Shown here piece after piece: positions 1 through 14,134 of a DNA stretch of 64,000 bases (the first letter of the stretch is position 1; each line of letters begins with the position of its first letter). This stretch comes from the human T2T-CHM13v2.0 reference genome, Homo sapiens: NCBI RefSeq assembly GCF_009914755.1, contig NC_060926.1, one strand, 5' to 3'. The notes under the pieces are model-generated. The model ran no database searches, was not told the DNA's origin, and saw only the letters and a list, made by a program, of their open reading frames with translations. The position numbers and the translations under genes are program-made.

Positions 1-1342
1 TATAAAAACAGACACATAGGCCAGTGAAACAGAAGAGAGAGACCAGAAATAAGGCCACACATCCACAACCATCTAACCTTCAACAAAGGACAAATATAAG
101 CAATGGGGAAGAGAGTATCTATTCAATAAATGGTGCTGGGATAACTGGCTAGCCATATGCAGAAGATTGAAGCTGGAGGTCTTCTTTACATCATACAAAA
201 ATCAACTCAAGATGGATTAAAGACTTAAATGTAAAACCTAAAACTATAAAAACCATGGAAGACAACCTAGGCAATACCATTCTAGACATAAGAACAGGCA
301 AAGATTTCATGACAAAGACACCAAAAGCAACTGCAACAAAAGCAAAAATTGACAAGTAGGATCTAATTAAACTTAAGAGCCTCTGTACAGCTAAAGAAAC
401 CAACAGAGTAAACAGACAACTTACACAATAGGAGAAAATATTTGCAAACTATGCATCTGACAAAGGTCTAACATCCAGCATCTATAAGGAACTTAAATTT
501 ACAAGAGAAAAACAACTCCATTAAAAAGTGGGCAAAGGACATGAACAGACACTCCTCAAAAGAAGACATACATGCAGCCAAGAAGCATATGAAAAAAAGC
601 TCAGTATCACTGATTAGAGAAATGGAAATCAAAAGCACAATGAGATACCATCTCACAGTCAGAATGGCTATTATTAAAAAGTCAAGAAACAACAGATGCT
701 GGCAAGGTTGCGGAGAAAAGAGAATGCTTATACACTGGGGGCGGGAGTGTTAATTTAGTCAACCACTGTGGAAAGCAGTTTGGCGATTCCTCCAAGAGCT
801 AAAAGGAGAACTACCATTTGACCCAGCAATCTCATTACTGGGTATATACTCAGAGGAATATAAGTCATTCTACCATAAAGACACATGCATGCAAATGTTC
901 ATTGCAGCACTATTCATAGCAGCAAAGACATAGAATCAACCTAAATGCCAATCAGTTACAGACTGGATAAAGAAAATGTGGTACATATACACCATGGAAT
1001 ACTATGCAGCCATAAAAAAGAACGAGGTCATGTCTTTTGCAGTGACATGGATGGAGCTGGAGGCTATTATCCTTAGCAAACTAACATAGTAACAGAAAAT
1101 CAAATACTGCATGTTCTCACTTATAAGTGGGAGCTAAATGATACAAACATATGAACTGGGGTCTACTTGAGGGTGGAGGTGGGAGGAAGGAGAGGAGTAG
1201 AAAAGCTAATTATTCAGTACTAGGCTTAATACCTGGGTAATGAAATAATCTGTAAAACAACCATCATGACACATGTTTATGTATGTAACAAACCTTCACA
1301 TGTATCTCTGAACCTAAAAGTTTTTTAAAAAAGAAAAAAAAA
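1..1342 (+). mobile_element. LINE-1 3' portion (older L1PA13-16-like), running off the window start
   Basis: Degenerate ORF2 C-terminus ([19 protein letters not shown]...), L1 3'UTR and A-rich tail at about 1327-1342. Confidence 0.92.
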
Positions 1343-1562
1343 TCATGGTTGTATTTGCATTCTTATAATATTTCAGTCCTGTTACTATATTCCTGTTTTT
1401 TTTTTAACTAGCACTCACAGCTTTTATTTACAGAACACCTTACAGATTTAAAAATGTTTTCTAGTAATTGTCTTATTGGATACAACACTCCAGAAATACA
1501 GGAGATTCAGATGATTTGATTTCCCAGTATATAGATAAGTAGCTTGTCAAAGATCTCTTACT

Positions 1563-1835
1563 CTTTGGTAGAGACAGGGTCTTGCTCTGTTACCCAAGTT
1601 GCAGTGCAGGTGCAGTCACAGCTCACTGCAGCCTCATACTCAAGCAACCCTCCCACCTCAGCCTCATGAGCAGCTGGGACTACAGGTGTGCACCATCACA
1701 CCTGGCTAATTATTTTATTTTTTGTAGAGATGGGGTCTCACTTTGTTGCATCAGCTGGTCTTGAACTAGTTGCCTCAAGCAATCTTCCCACCTAGGCTTC
1801 CAAAGTTCTGGGATTACAGGTGTGAGCCACCAGGA
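1563..1835 (-). mobile_element. AluJ-like SINE
   Basis: gagacagggtcttgctctgttacccaa ... ctgggattacaggtgtgagccacc. Confidence 0.88.
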
Positions 1836-2064
1836 TGGCCTCCAATGCTCTCTTAACTCTACCACTAACGGTCAGCATAGATGCAATTTAAAGGAAGTCA
1901 AATTCTTTTCCACTATCACAGATTATAACTCATTTTTTAAATCCCCAAAATTTCTATACAGACTACCCAGTCTCACTGCCCATTAGTCCCATAAATACTT
2001 TCTAGTCCCTGACAAAAGCCCTTGTTCCTAGGTTATACTTAGACTTGACATATTTCATTTTCTT

Positions 2065-2220
2065 CCCTGGATCCACTCTCTCCCTTACTTATCCGCTTTC
2101 TTATTTCTATGTATACCTATCTCTTCTCCCTGTCCTTGCACTCTCTCTTTCCTTCCCTCCCTTCCTTCCTCTTTCCACTTTCCCTCATTCCCTTCCCTTC
2201 TTTTTCCTTCTCCCTCCCTT
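2065..2220. repeat. CT-rich low-complexity tract
   Basis: Near-continuous pyrimidines (ccttccctcccttccttcc...). Confidence 0.8.
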
Positions 2221-2419
2221 GTATGTTCGTATCTCAATACTACTTTGCCAATATTTGAGTCTTACCATAATCCAATCACAACATTCTAGTTCCGACATCT
2301 ACATTTAAACATCTATAATATCATCAAATTGTCTTGCAATATTTCTCTCATGCTTAAGACGTGCAACCTTGCATTTCCAAGGAAAAATCCATAAACTTTT
2401 TTAGAAGCATATGTTCAAA

Positions 2420-2850
2420 CAATTCAGTTAGAAAATAGGCAACGGACATGAAAAGATATTTCACTAGAGAGCATAAAGATAGAACATAAGTACATGAAAA
2501 GATGTTCAATATCATTAGCCATCAGGAAAATGCAAATGAAAACCCCAATGAGGTATCATTACATATCTATTATAATAGCTAAAATAAAAAATGGCAATGC
2601 TAGGAGAAACCAGATCTCTCACACATTGTTGGTGGGAATGCAAAATGACACAGACATTCTGGAAAACAGTATGGCAGTTTCCTATAGAACTAACCATACA
2701 TGGCCTAGCACCAGACTTAGCAATCACCCTCTTAGGCATTTATTCCAGAGAAATGAAATCACATCCATACAAAAACCTGTACATGAATGTTCATGGAAGT
2801 TTTATTTGTAATAGCCCCAAACTGGCCACAACCAAAATACCCCCTGAGAA
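2420..2850 (+). mobile_element. Old L1M ORF2 3' fragment
   Basis: Peptide MKRCSISLAIRKMQMKTPMRYH resembles the ORF2 C-terminal region. Confidence 0.8.
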
Positions 2851-2884
2851 GTGAATTCCATGATTTTTAAAAATTGTACTTTAT

Positions 2885-3182
<298 letters not shown>

Positions 3183-5017
3183 TTATAAAATAACATTTCT
3201 TAGGAGAGTCAGACTAGCAGCTTTATATATGTGTGAAAAAGAAGTATCTATTAAAACATTTCTAAGAATCATTTTTCCTCCAAACAGTACAAACCAAACC
3301 AAACCTTAGCTTTGAATTCGATTTTAGGCTGAATAATGGAAGTCTGTGTCTTGTTATAATTGCAGTTATGCAGTGGTTATGCAGAGAAACTTAAGCACCA
3401 ATATTGCACAGTTAGTCTCAACTAGTACATATTTCGCTATCTGACAAAAGCTAATCAAGAAGACTACTTTGACTCCCTTCCAGAAACCCTTGTTGGTTTT
3501 TATTTTTTTTCAATTCTCTAGATTCTTTCAATTTTCCCAAATGAAAAAATTCTTAAACTGCTACCATACCTTATGCCAAACATAGGTTTAACAGAGATTT
3601 CTCTTAGACATCTATATCCAGTGAATAATCTCCATTATTCTTTCCTCCCAAGGAAAATCTTTATATTTTACTAAACCCTTACTACTTAGCGGCGTCTCAG
3701 TAGTCAGTGTTTAGCTCTGAATAAAGGCACGTGGTGCATTCTCTGCAAATTGCTTTCAGCTAAAAACAGATGTTAATTTAAAAACGTAGATAACATCCCA
3801 TGGCACCTGTTGTTTCACACTTCTTTTGCTCAAGCCCCAGTGGTCCAAATCCCATCTTTTATTTCAATAATTTTCTGCAGCTTTTCTTCCATTCCAGCTG
3901 CAGGTCTTTCACTGTGATGATCATTCAAACTTAACAGAAAAGCCATGTTTTACTGAGCAAAACTATCAGGATGACTACACAGAGTCAATGCAGGCAGCCC
4001 TAAGTCACGGCTCTAATTTAAGAATGAAATATGTTCTAATGATAAATGTCAGTTATCTGGATGCAGTGTCTGAATAATTTTAACTATAAGAACAGGAACT
4101 TGGGAAATTAACTAAATGCATGTCCGTCTTCCAGCCGCAGATCTTAGTAGAGTGTTTTCGTGACAAGATAAGATGGAAGAAAGGAGAAGGACCAGGTCAG
4201 AATTCATAGTGACCTTAATCACCTAGCACATGTAGTTAGAACAGATTAAAGTTCTTTAAAAGTAACTGTGAGTCACTGGAAATAAAATGCATAAAATTGA
4301 TTAAGATGGGGAGGGACTAGATGAGAATATTCAGAAACATTTACAGAGTGGATCAAACAAGAAATCAAGACTAAACAGTGTATTATTGTGGCCAAAATAG
4401 CTACTGAGATAATACATGTATAAATTGGAATATTCTGATACTGATCACTGGCCACTAATCCTAAATTACACCAAGCATGGGGTTACAGCCTCAATAGCTA
4501 CAAAAAAGTAGACTTTTGAGCCTATTCTTCACTCTTGGCATAGTGCAAGGCATATAGTAAACAAGTATTTATTGAGTTAATGATGTTTGCAAAATCTAAA
4601 GAAAAATTTGTAGAAGATTATGAGGAAAGCAAGAATAACATAGGGAACATGGAAATAAAGCCAGTTAAGTCTAGTGCCATCTAAACTATGCACATGTGTC
4701 ACCATTTAGGGTAGAAAACTCTCCCTACTTAATTTTATGTTGGTAGCACATGACCTGCTCCAAGCACTAGCCTGATTCTTTCATTTGTTTGTTGTTGTTG
4801 TTGTTTTCTTTATTTGGTTTTTGCAAACAGTGCAAGTGAAGAGGTGAAAAGAGAGAGGAGCAGTGAGGACAAGGCTGACAAAGGTTAAAGCTGTGCTTCT
4901 CAGAGCGGGAGGGGTGAGGCATCCAAGCTCCAAGATTCACGGTATCTCAGGGCATAGAAGCTTCACCTAAAAATTTGGGGTTGAGGAGGAAGGTTTTGAG
5001 CTTTTCCTTTTTTCCCA

Positions 5018-5290
5018 CTTTTTAAAAATTGATATATCATAGTTGCATCTATTTTGGAGGTACATGTGATATTTTGACACCTGTGTACAATGTGTAAGGA
5101 TCAAATTAGGGTAATTGGGATATCCATCACCTCATTTATCTTTTCTTTGTGTTGGGAATGTTTCACTTCTCTTCTAGCTATTAATTATTTTGAAATATAC
5201 AAGTTACTGTTGACTATAATTTCCTTACTGTACTATTGAATAACAGAACTTATTTTTTCCATCTAACTATTTTTTGCAACCCAATTTTTT
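5018..5290 (-). mobile_element. L1MA-type 3' end fragment
   Basis: gtacatgtgatattttga...tcaaattagggtaattgggatatccatcacctca, typical of a reversed L1MA 3'UTR. Confidence 0.75.
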
Positions 5291-5344
5291 CCTCTTTAAT
5301 GAGGTATTGTTACATGCATATCCTGGTAAAATCGGTAGAATCCC

Positions 5345-5366
5345 TTTTTTTTTTTTTTTTTTGGTT

Positions 5367-5404
<38 letters not shown>
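5345..5404. repeat. poly(T) plus (TG)n microsatellite
   Basis: T run of about 18 nt followed by about 17 TG units. Confidence 0.95.
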
Positions 5405-5407
<3 letters not shown>

Positions 5408-5782
5408 AAGGAAGTGGGTGAGGGGAGGGGAAGAGAGAGGGAGGGAAAGAGGCAGATTATCTGGAAATAGAAAGTAAAACAATATTCTGCTCAGAGTGAC
5501 TAGAAAATTTGTTATTATTATTTGGGTCATCAGTGGTGTTTATTAATACTGTAGTCACCAAGACTATGAATAGTACCCAGTACTGCCAGGAGAACAAATT
5601 ATGTTAATAATACTGGTCTTCTTAGCTCTGCTTGTCCCCTGTGGTCTGAGTGAGCCTGATGTATGAAATCTCTAAGGTGTTCCCATAGATTTGAAAAATG
5701 AGCTGGCTCTCTCAGAAATTAATTTACTTTACATGAACATGAAAATTTTTGCTTCTATAAATTAAATCAATTTTCTTTTCTT

Positions 5783-5918
5783 AAGAGATGGGGTCTCACT
5801 CTGTCACCCAGGCTGGAGTGCAGTGGTGCAATCATAGCTCACTGCAGCCTCAAACTCCTAGGGTCAAGTGATCCTCCTACTTCAGCCCCCTAAGTAGCTG
5901 GAACTACCACACCCTGCT
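5783..5918 (-). mobile_element. Alu monomer (FRAM/AluJ right arm)
   Basis: gagatggggtctcactctgtcacccaggctggagtgcagtgg...gtagctggaactac. Confidence 0.85.
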
Positions 5919-6418
5919 AAAAATCAGTTTTCTTAACAAGTATGATAAAATGTTTTATTTACAAACTAGGTTACTCTTAGGCATACTTTCTGCTTCAGTT
6001 TCCCTATAACATGAAAGTCCTTAAGATTATAGTTCAAGTACAATTTTAGTACTATTATTCATTTGTAATTTAAAAACTTAAAAATTTTGAAAATAAGAAA
6101 ATACAAAGAACAACTTAATTACCACTGTTCACATCTGGATATATATACTTCCACTTATTTAGATTTTTTTTTAATATGGACAAAATAATTATTCTTGTTT
6201 TTGTAAAATGTATCTATGTTCGTAAAAAATAATTCAAACAATACAAGAAGCACAAAGATGGAAATATATATCACTTCCACTTTGCAATACCCAGAAATTA
6301 ACATGGTTCATATTAGATATGCATCACCCTCCATATCTTGCAGATGGAAGGATACGAAGGGATTCTTCTATGTTAATAGGTTTATGTTATACGTCCTATT
6401 GTTAATAAAGAATATTAT

Positions 6419-6702
<284 letters not shown>

Positions 6703-6997
6703 ATATAGAGTATTAAATTTAATTTTACTTAAAAAAGAAAAGCGAAATTTTATAGGAATTATTAACCTTCAAATACGTATTTCCTGACCATATTTTATTT
6801 TCTATAAGATCCCTCTAAAGTTAGGAGATTAGGAAGAATATATTTTTTTTAACTACTTAATGACTTTTAAACAGTATTCTGGACTCTTTGTTTTGAAAGT
6901 GATAACTCTGATATTTTCTCCATTTCTCTTTCCTCCAAATTCCACTTTTTATCATATAGTTGTATTTTTACATTAACCAAGATAATACCCAATTTTT

Positions 6998-7163
6998 GCC
7001 AGGCACAGTGTCCTGTGCCTTAGTCCCAGCTGCTCTGGAGGCAGAGCAAGGAGGATTGCCTGAGGCCAGGAGTTCAAGGCAGACATGCACTATGATCATG
7101 CCTGTGAATAGCAACTGCACTCCACCTCCGGCAACACAGCAAGTCCCTGTCTTTAAAAAAAAA
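6998..7163 (+). mobile_element. FAM (fossil Alu monomer, 7SL-derived)
   Basis: Single monomer retaining the 7SL-like segment gcctgtgaatagcaactgcactcc. A-tail and degenerate TSD aatacccaattt / aatactcaattt. Confidence 0.75.
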
Positions 7164-7961
7164 TACTCAATTTCTTTTCTAATCATAATATCTATGGTTG
7201 TTTAGCATTAGTTACTCATAAGTGGATTGCTCAACACCATGATTCTTTGTTTTTTCATTCAGATTCTCCATTTCTGATAAGTCTTCTATTTACATTCATC
7301 GTTAAGCAGTTTTTTCACGAAGGACTCACAGATGCTATTATTCTCTGAAGACTTACATGATTGAGAATATTTGCCTGTTGCCTCTAAATGTGACAAAAAT
7401 CTCAACCGAGTATAATATTCTCGGGTCACACTTCTAGATTCTTTTTTCTTTTCAGAGACTTTTTATTGAATTATATCTTTGAGTACATCTTCTGTTCCTA
7501 TTAGTTTAATGCTGAATCATCTGTCTTCTATATCAAATACATATTTCTAATTGCCTTAATCTGTCTTTCATGTGCATTCACTGTGATTATCTCAAGTCTG
7601 TCTTGATTTTCACGGTTGTTTGTCTTTATTCCCTGCCTGTCACCTGTCCTACCTCTTCCCCAAGACACATAGCTCAGTGCTATTATATGTGGACCCAAAC
7701 CCACCACTGTGATAGCACACCTAGGTTGGTCCATGTCTGTAGTGTTTTGTATGTCAAAATTACCTCTTAATCCATTCTCACAATAAAACTCTCAACAGAG
7801 TGCTAGGACCTATGAAGTCATTTCAATATTTTCAATAACCTCTTACTTATGAAGAAATTAACACAATATTACAAATGGAACTCTTCTTACATCTTCCTTC
7901 TCTTTCCTTTCATATTCAGACTGCATGCTCCAAAAAATTATCTCTTGCTGTTTAGTTTATA

Positions 7962-8158
7962 ATGAGTTGGCAAACTTTTTATGTAAAGGGCCAAACAGTA
8001 ATACACTTTGAGGGATATATGAACCCTATCACAAGTAAACCCTGCCATTATAGTATGAAAGCAGCCATTGGCAATATGCAAACAAATGGGCTTGGCTGTG
8101 TTCCAAAAGAACTGTATTTACAAAGATGAGAGGCAGGTTGTAATTTGCTGACTCCTGT
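7962..8158 (+). mobile_element. MER58A-like hAT-Charlie DNA transposon remnant
   Basis: gttggcaaactttttatgtaaagggcc ... ggctgtgttccaaaagaactgtatttacaaa ... tttgctgactcctg. Confidence 0.75.
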
Positions 8159-9596
8159 TTTATACAATCAACTTTGGCAACTGCAGTCAAAGTAAAGTTC
8201 CCGGCCATGTACTGACTTGGAATGGGTGGACTTAAATAGTGTTGTTGTAAGGATTATATTAATAGCCAACTAGCACAAATTTGAACTCAGCACCACATGG
8301 CCCATGTGGAAGAATGAGTCAATGTAGGTAATGTGCTGACCTAGCAAGGTCTCTTCAGCACCAGCATTCTAACCAGTGCTATGCTCTACTAAAGGGATTC
8401 AGAAGACTATTCTGCTGTATGTAACCCCAAAGAATGGCAGGAATTTACTACAGCTATAACAAAAATTGTAATAATATTCAGTTACCTTTTGCTAAGAACT
8501 TTCAAATATTTCATTTGAGCTCAATAACTACCCTAGAAGTATGCATGGTAGGTGTTCTTTCCATGACAAAGTTAAGAAAAGTGAGAACTACAAAAAAAAT
8601 TAAATTCCCATTCTTACAGCAGATTAGGAGTAGACTAGGACCTAAAACCATAATCTTTGATCTCTTAGGACTGGCATTTTTGGGGTAGCCCTTCTTTTTT
8701 CCTAATGGTAAGACTAATCAGAGCACCAATATTTTTTGAAAGCTCCTCGCTACAGGTTCACTCAGCCCAAAGTAAGAGAAAATGGCCCTATGCAGACATT
8801 AGACAACTGCCACAATGGCTCAATGTGGAGCAGCATCCTCAACTGACATCACATGGTCCCATTTACCTTACCACTCGCAGAACTAAGTTTCATTGTAAAA
8901 AATATAAGTTCATTTAGTAGCATGTAGCCAAGCTATGGTTGTAAATATTATTGGATGTCTCAGATAAACACTGTTGTAAATTTATTTAACCCTAAACTAT
9001 TTGTGTGTCATTCTTCATGACTTATTACAGATATTCCTTAACTGTTCAATGAGAACTTGGAAAATTTTGAACCCACTAGACAGGAGGTTAGCTTAGGGAA
9101 CTGAGACTTGACTTGTCTACTCAAAGGTGCCTGATAAATAGGATCATAGAATCTCATGTTGGAAAGAACCTTAAAAGTATGAGGAAATCTCACATACCTC
9201 CACTAATTCTCCCAAATCCAGGATGACTCTCTTACTAGTTTGATATGTGGGGTTCTGTTTAATTTTCAAAAGGAGGCATTTTGTTTCAAAATATATATTG
9301 TCAATGAAGGGCAGCATCACCTTCAAGGGAGCAAAAGTTGGTCTTTAAGGAATGAAAAAACTCTTAGCTAATAACAATGATTTCTGTCCCTCCAAAGCCC
9401 AACCCTACATGAAAAGTCTTATTCCTTAGCATTTAATTGATCTTGTTAGAAATTAAAATCACTTAATTTAAAATTAATTTAAGTATATTTTTCCTCCTTT
9501 GAGAGGCAATAATGAAAAAAAGGTTGAGAAATGCTGTTCTAAAGATCATTTAGTCTACCTTTATCTAATTTGTGTATCTCTACAACACTGTCATCA

Positions 9597-9800
9597 ATAA
9601 TAGTTAGCACTCATTGTGCCCTTATTATCTTCCAGACTTTCGCTTAAATTCTTGTTACATGGATTATCATATTAATTCTCACAACATCCCAGTGTGACAG
9701 GTACCATGATTGTCCTTACTTACAAATTAAGAAACTGAAGCTAAGAAATATTAAGAATGTCCTCATATTCAAACTTTCGTGTTGTTATCCTCTATACCAT
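9597..9800 (-). mobile_element. MIR SINE
   Basis: ttaattctcacaacatccc...ttacaaattaagaaactgaagct, a MIR core. Confidence 0.65.
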
Positions 9801-9884
9801 ACTGCCCTCTACATCAGTATGTATCTCCCTTCTTATCAAATACCTCTAGAAGAAAACTCCTTGTATCCTGAAGTGGTTTATTTC

Positions 9885-10125
9885 ATAGTATGAAGGTGAA
9901 AGGTGTAGACTTTGAGGTCACATAAAACATACACACATCACACACATGGACTGAAGTTCTAATTCTAGTCTATCACACATTGTGGTTATTGAGCAAGTTA
10001 TTTAATCTGTGTACTCATCTATAAAATAGGAATTATATATGGTTACATAGTAGAATGTGAGGTTTAAATGTGATCATGTTTATAAAGCCCTTACCTTTCA
10101 CTAGCACACATTAAATAGTAGTCAT
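9885..10125 (+). mobile_element. MIR SINE
   Basis: ttgagcaagttatttaatct...ctcatctataaaatagg. Confidence 0.65.
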
Positions 10126-10199
10126 TCAATCCATATATTTATATGAATATATATATTCATTTATATATATGAAATATATGCAATCATCATTTGTAAAAA

Positions 10200-10800
10200 A
10201 AAAATTAAAGCAGGTGGTAACAGGGAGTATATGGGAATTCTCTGTTCTTTCTGTTTAATTTTACTGTGACCTAAGGCTACTCTAAAAATAAAGCTTATAA
10301 TCACTTAAAGACCAATAAAAAAGTAAGAATCTCATACATTAAAACAATTAAAACAACAAGATGCCAAATTTCATCTGTTTAACTGTCAACACTTAAAAAT
10401 ACTGATTATTTCAACTGTGGGTGTAGTAAGTAAATTTCACAAAAAAATAGTGACAGGAATATATGACAATACATATCAAGATTCCTTAAAATGTATACAC
10501 ACTTCTGACTCAGTAATTCCATTTATAGAAATTTATTTTCAGGAAATAATCAGATAAATGTACAGAGATATGTGTGATGTGTGAATGTTTTATACACACA
10601 CAAATACAATGTTTATTGCAGCACTGTTTATAGTAGCAAGACACTGGAAATTGTTCATGTCTATATATAGCAGGATAGTTGAATAAATTATGGTAGTCTA
10701 TCCTTAATAAATGTGTGATATAGATCTATGTTTATTAACATAAATAGAAGGCCATAATATTTATGTCTTGCAAAAAAATCATGTGTTACTCCTGTAATCA
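10200..10800 (+). mobile_element. Old L1M (L1MB/ME) 3' fragments
   Basis: agtatatgggaattctctgt..., ttctgactcagtaattccatttatagaaattta, atgtttattgcagcactgtttatagtagc. Confidence 0.6.
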
Positions 10801-11381
10801 GAAAGCTATTTTTGCTTTAGAAAAAACATAAGTGTTCCAAAGAACTATAGTGGCTGGGCAGTCTATGGATCAGGAAAACTTGAATTAATGGGAGGGCTTT
10901 AGTTTTAAACAATTTTTATTTATTAAACCTATGAACCAAAAGACAAATACATATCCTTCCACAGCAATAACCACATGTGATCAAAGTGTTCATTAAAGAT
11001 TTCACAAAAGTGATGTATTTTTTTCAACTAATTCAACACTGCTGAGGCCCACAAACAATGTGATCTTTGAGGAAAGCTAATATTTGTTACCTCAGATTTA
11101 GACAGATGACCCTCAGTTTCCAGGTATTGACAAAACTCAAATACCTTTTTCAATAAAATGTAATGAGATAGAGAATAAGGACCAGAATCTACAGCAAGCT
11201 GAATACTTTTTTAGTTACACATGCATATCTGTGGGGAAGGAAAAGGAAAGAGGGAGAATTCAAAAGAAATGAGTTGTACTTATCCTTGTCTCCTCTAGGA
11301 GACAGATGCTTGAGAGCACTTAACTTACTAGAAGGAGAAAAAGATTACATCACCTGTCAATAGTTTTTTGAGTTCTACTAA

Positions 11382-11816
<435 letters not shown>

Positions 11817-14134
11817 AGTTCTGTTAAGTTTAAATATGTAATAAAAGTGTAAAGGATTATTAAGGTTGTGTCTACATTGTATTAAACACAAAGGAAATAC
11901 AAATATATTTCACATCCAGTGACACATTCTGAACATTTATTGATGCTCATATTTTATGTGTTATGGTCTTTCCTTGAGCTCTGAGCTCTGCAGATGTTAT
12001 AAATCTGCCAAATAAATTCTTGATTATATTTTCTCTGCATGTTTCTTTTCAGACTTCAATAGAGTAGAATATCTAACAAAATTTTTCCTGGATTTTATAA
12101 AGTATTCATGAATGTAAACAGCCAAAAATCATCATATCTCTCTTAATAGCTGCAGTTTGCACATACTATGTATGCCCTTCACTACATAGTAGAAAAAAAA
12201 AAATCTTTGATTTTGACCATGTTGGTAAAGGCTGTCCTCATCCCACAGCTTTAATACAACTGTAGCTTTGTAACAGAAGTGTCTATAGCCATCTCCAGTA
12301 CATACTAATTTCTGCTGGTACTATAATCAAATGTCCTTAAAGGCCAGTTACTTAATACAGTGAATATAGGCACTGTATGTCTTTTAATCCTTGCCAAACT
12401 AAAGAGAGCCAAGCTTGCTGACAAGAAGCATGATGAGGTCATCAGCAGGGGACAGTCTGGAGTTTGAGGTCAACAACTGTCTTGATCAGGAGTATGGTGG
12501 GTCTGCAGATGCAGTTCACTCTCTTATAAAAGTGGTCCTCTACCCAGGTCCTCACTCACTGAATAAAAGTACCAGAGAAGACAGCGAGGAGTTACAAGCA
12601 AAAGAAAATGAGAGTAATAAACAATTCCAAACAGATACCTCAACTAGAATTTGGGCAGAAAACACATTTTGTACATCCCAAATGAAAAAAATAACTAATG
12701 TCTAGGGTGAAGAAAAGTCTTAAGATTCATTTGTTCAATGTCACGCCTAATAAGCAGACTATCCCCACTCTTACCTCTATCTGTACAATGAATCCAGTCT
12801 ATTTCTCTCACAACAGAAAAAAAGAGTTGTTAAGGTTATCACAGCAATGCAAATGGAACAGAGTGGGTATTAGGGTAGCTTCTTACATAATCATGATATT
12901 CCCTTTTTAACACTGCAGTTTTTACCCATTTGATTTTTAGACAAAATACCATTCATAATTTAGAATACGAACAACATAAGCAAAATATAAGGACTTCTTT
13001 TACTGCTATTGCTATATTTAGGAGGCAATGCTGTTAAAGGAAACCAGACTGCCAGATGAAAAACAGCATGGAAGCTTTGGGCGACACCCCTCACTCACAC
13101 ACCCAATTAGCTATGAAAGGGGCTTTAAGGAAGAAAAGCAAGGTATACAAAATTTGTTCATATAATGACCATCGAGTTATTTATACCTATATTATGTCAA
13201 TTTTGTTTGGTATCCTAATTTACTGATTAGTATAACAACTTTTCTTCAAATTGCCATTATGGTAAAGGAACCCTCATCCCTTGGCAGGAATCTAAAGAGC
13301 CCTTATACCCATGGTATTCCTTCCTAAATGGCCCTAACTGTGCCCACATAAAAACCAGCTACTTCATCTATAAAATCACATTTTTCTAGGTTCTTCCAGT
13401 TAAAAGACTTGAGGTTTTGCTATTGTTCCCTCCTGCTTATTTCTCCTTTTGCCTTTTCATCCTTTCCCTAACCAAGGGTCTGTTCAGATGTGTGCAGACC
13501 ACTCTAGGCTTAAACAACCTTTAAATCCAACTACCATACCAAAGAGTACAAGTCTCTTGGAATGTCATCGTAATGGATCAAACTTCTTAGAATTTTTTAA
13601 AGATGTTAAAATTTCATGTATTCAATGATTACAACTATGTAAAAAATGCATTTGATAAAAAGGACTAAAAAAAAACAACATAGAAAAGAATTGTGCGAAT
13701 ATAGCAATGGAACCTCACTTGCAAAAAACATCTTGGGACTGTAGTTTACTTTATAGGAGAAACATTAATTACCATTTTCTTTCATGTGTATAGGACTATT
13801 TAAATCTTCTATTTCTTTTTTAGTCAGTTTTGGTTTTTATTTACCTAAGAAATTTTCAGTTTTCCCCATTTTTCATGTTTGTTGTCATAAATTGTTCATT
13901 GTATTCCCTTTGCTTTTTTTTCTGTTTGACTAATCTTGTCAAAGAAGAAATGTTTAGCTTTATTAATCCTATTTTATAATTTTGGTTTTTGTTACATTTA
14001 TTTTTAAACTTCCTTCTTTCTTCAGATTTATTTTACTGATATTTTTTGCAAGTTTTAAAAATTTCGTGGCTCATAAATTTTGAGTCTTTCTTCTTTTCCA
14101 AGAAAAACATTTTAAATATATATATTTCCCTTCA

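Noticed and set aside
6998-7163. Possible 7SL RNA gene
   Set aside because: Lacks the S domain, is diverged, and has an A-tail with TSD, so it is a FAM retrocopy.
9300-9545. Possible hAT-Charlie remnant ending aaaggttgagaaatgctg
   Set aside because: Family and boundaries could not be supported without a search.
10143-10160. Perfect 18-bp palindrome atgaatatatatattcat
   Set aside because: By-product of (TA)n low complexity.
12415-12705. 96-aa plus-strand ORF in unique sequence
   Set aside because: Starts at a non-ATG codon, resembles no protein I recognise, lies antisense in an intron, and its length is compatible with chance.
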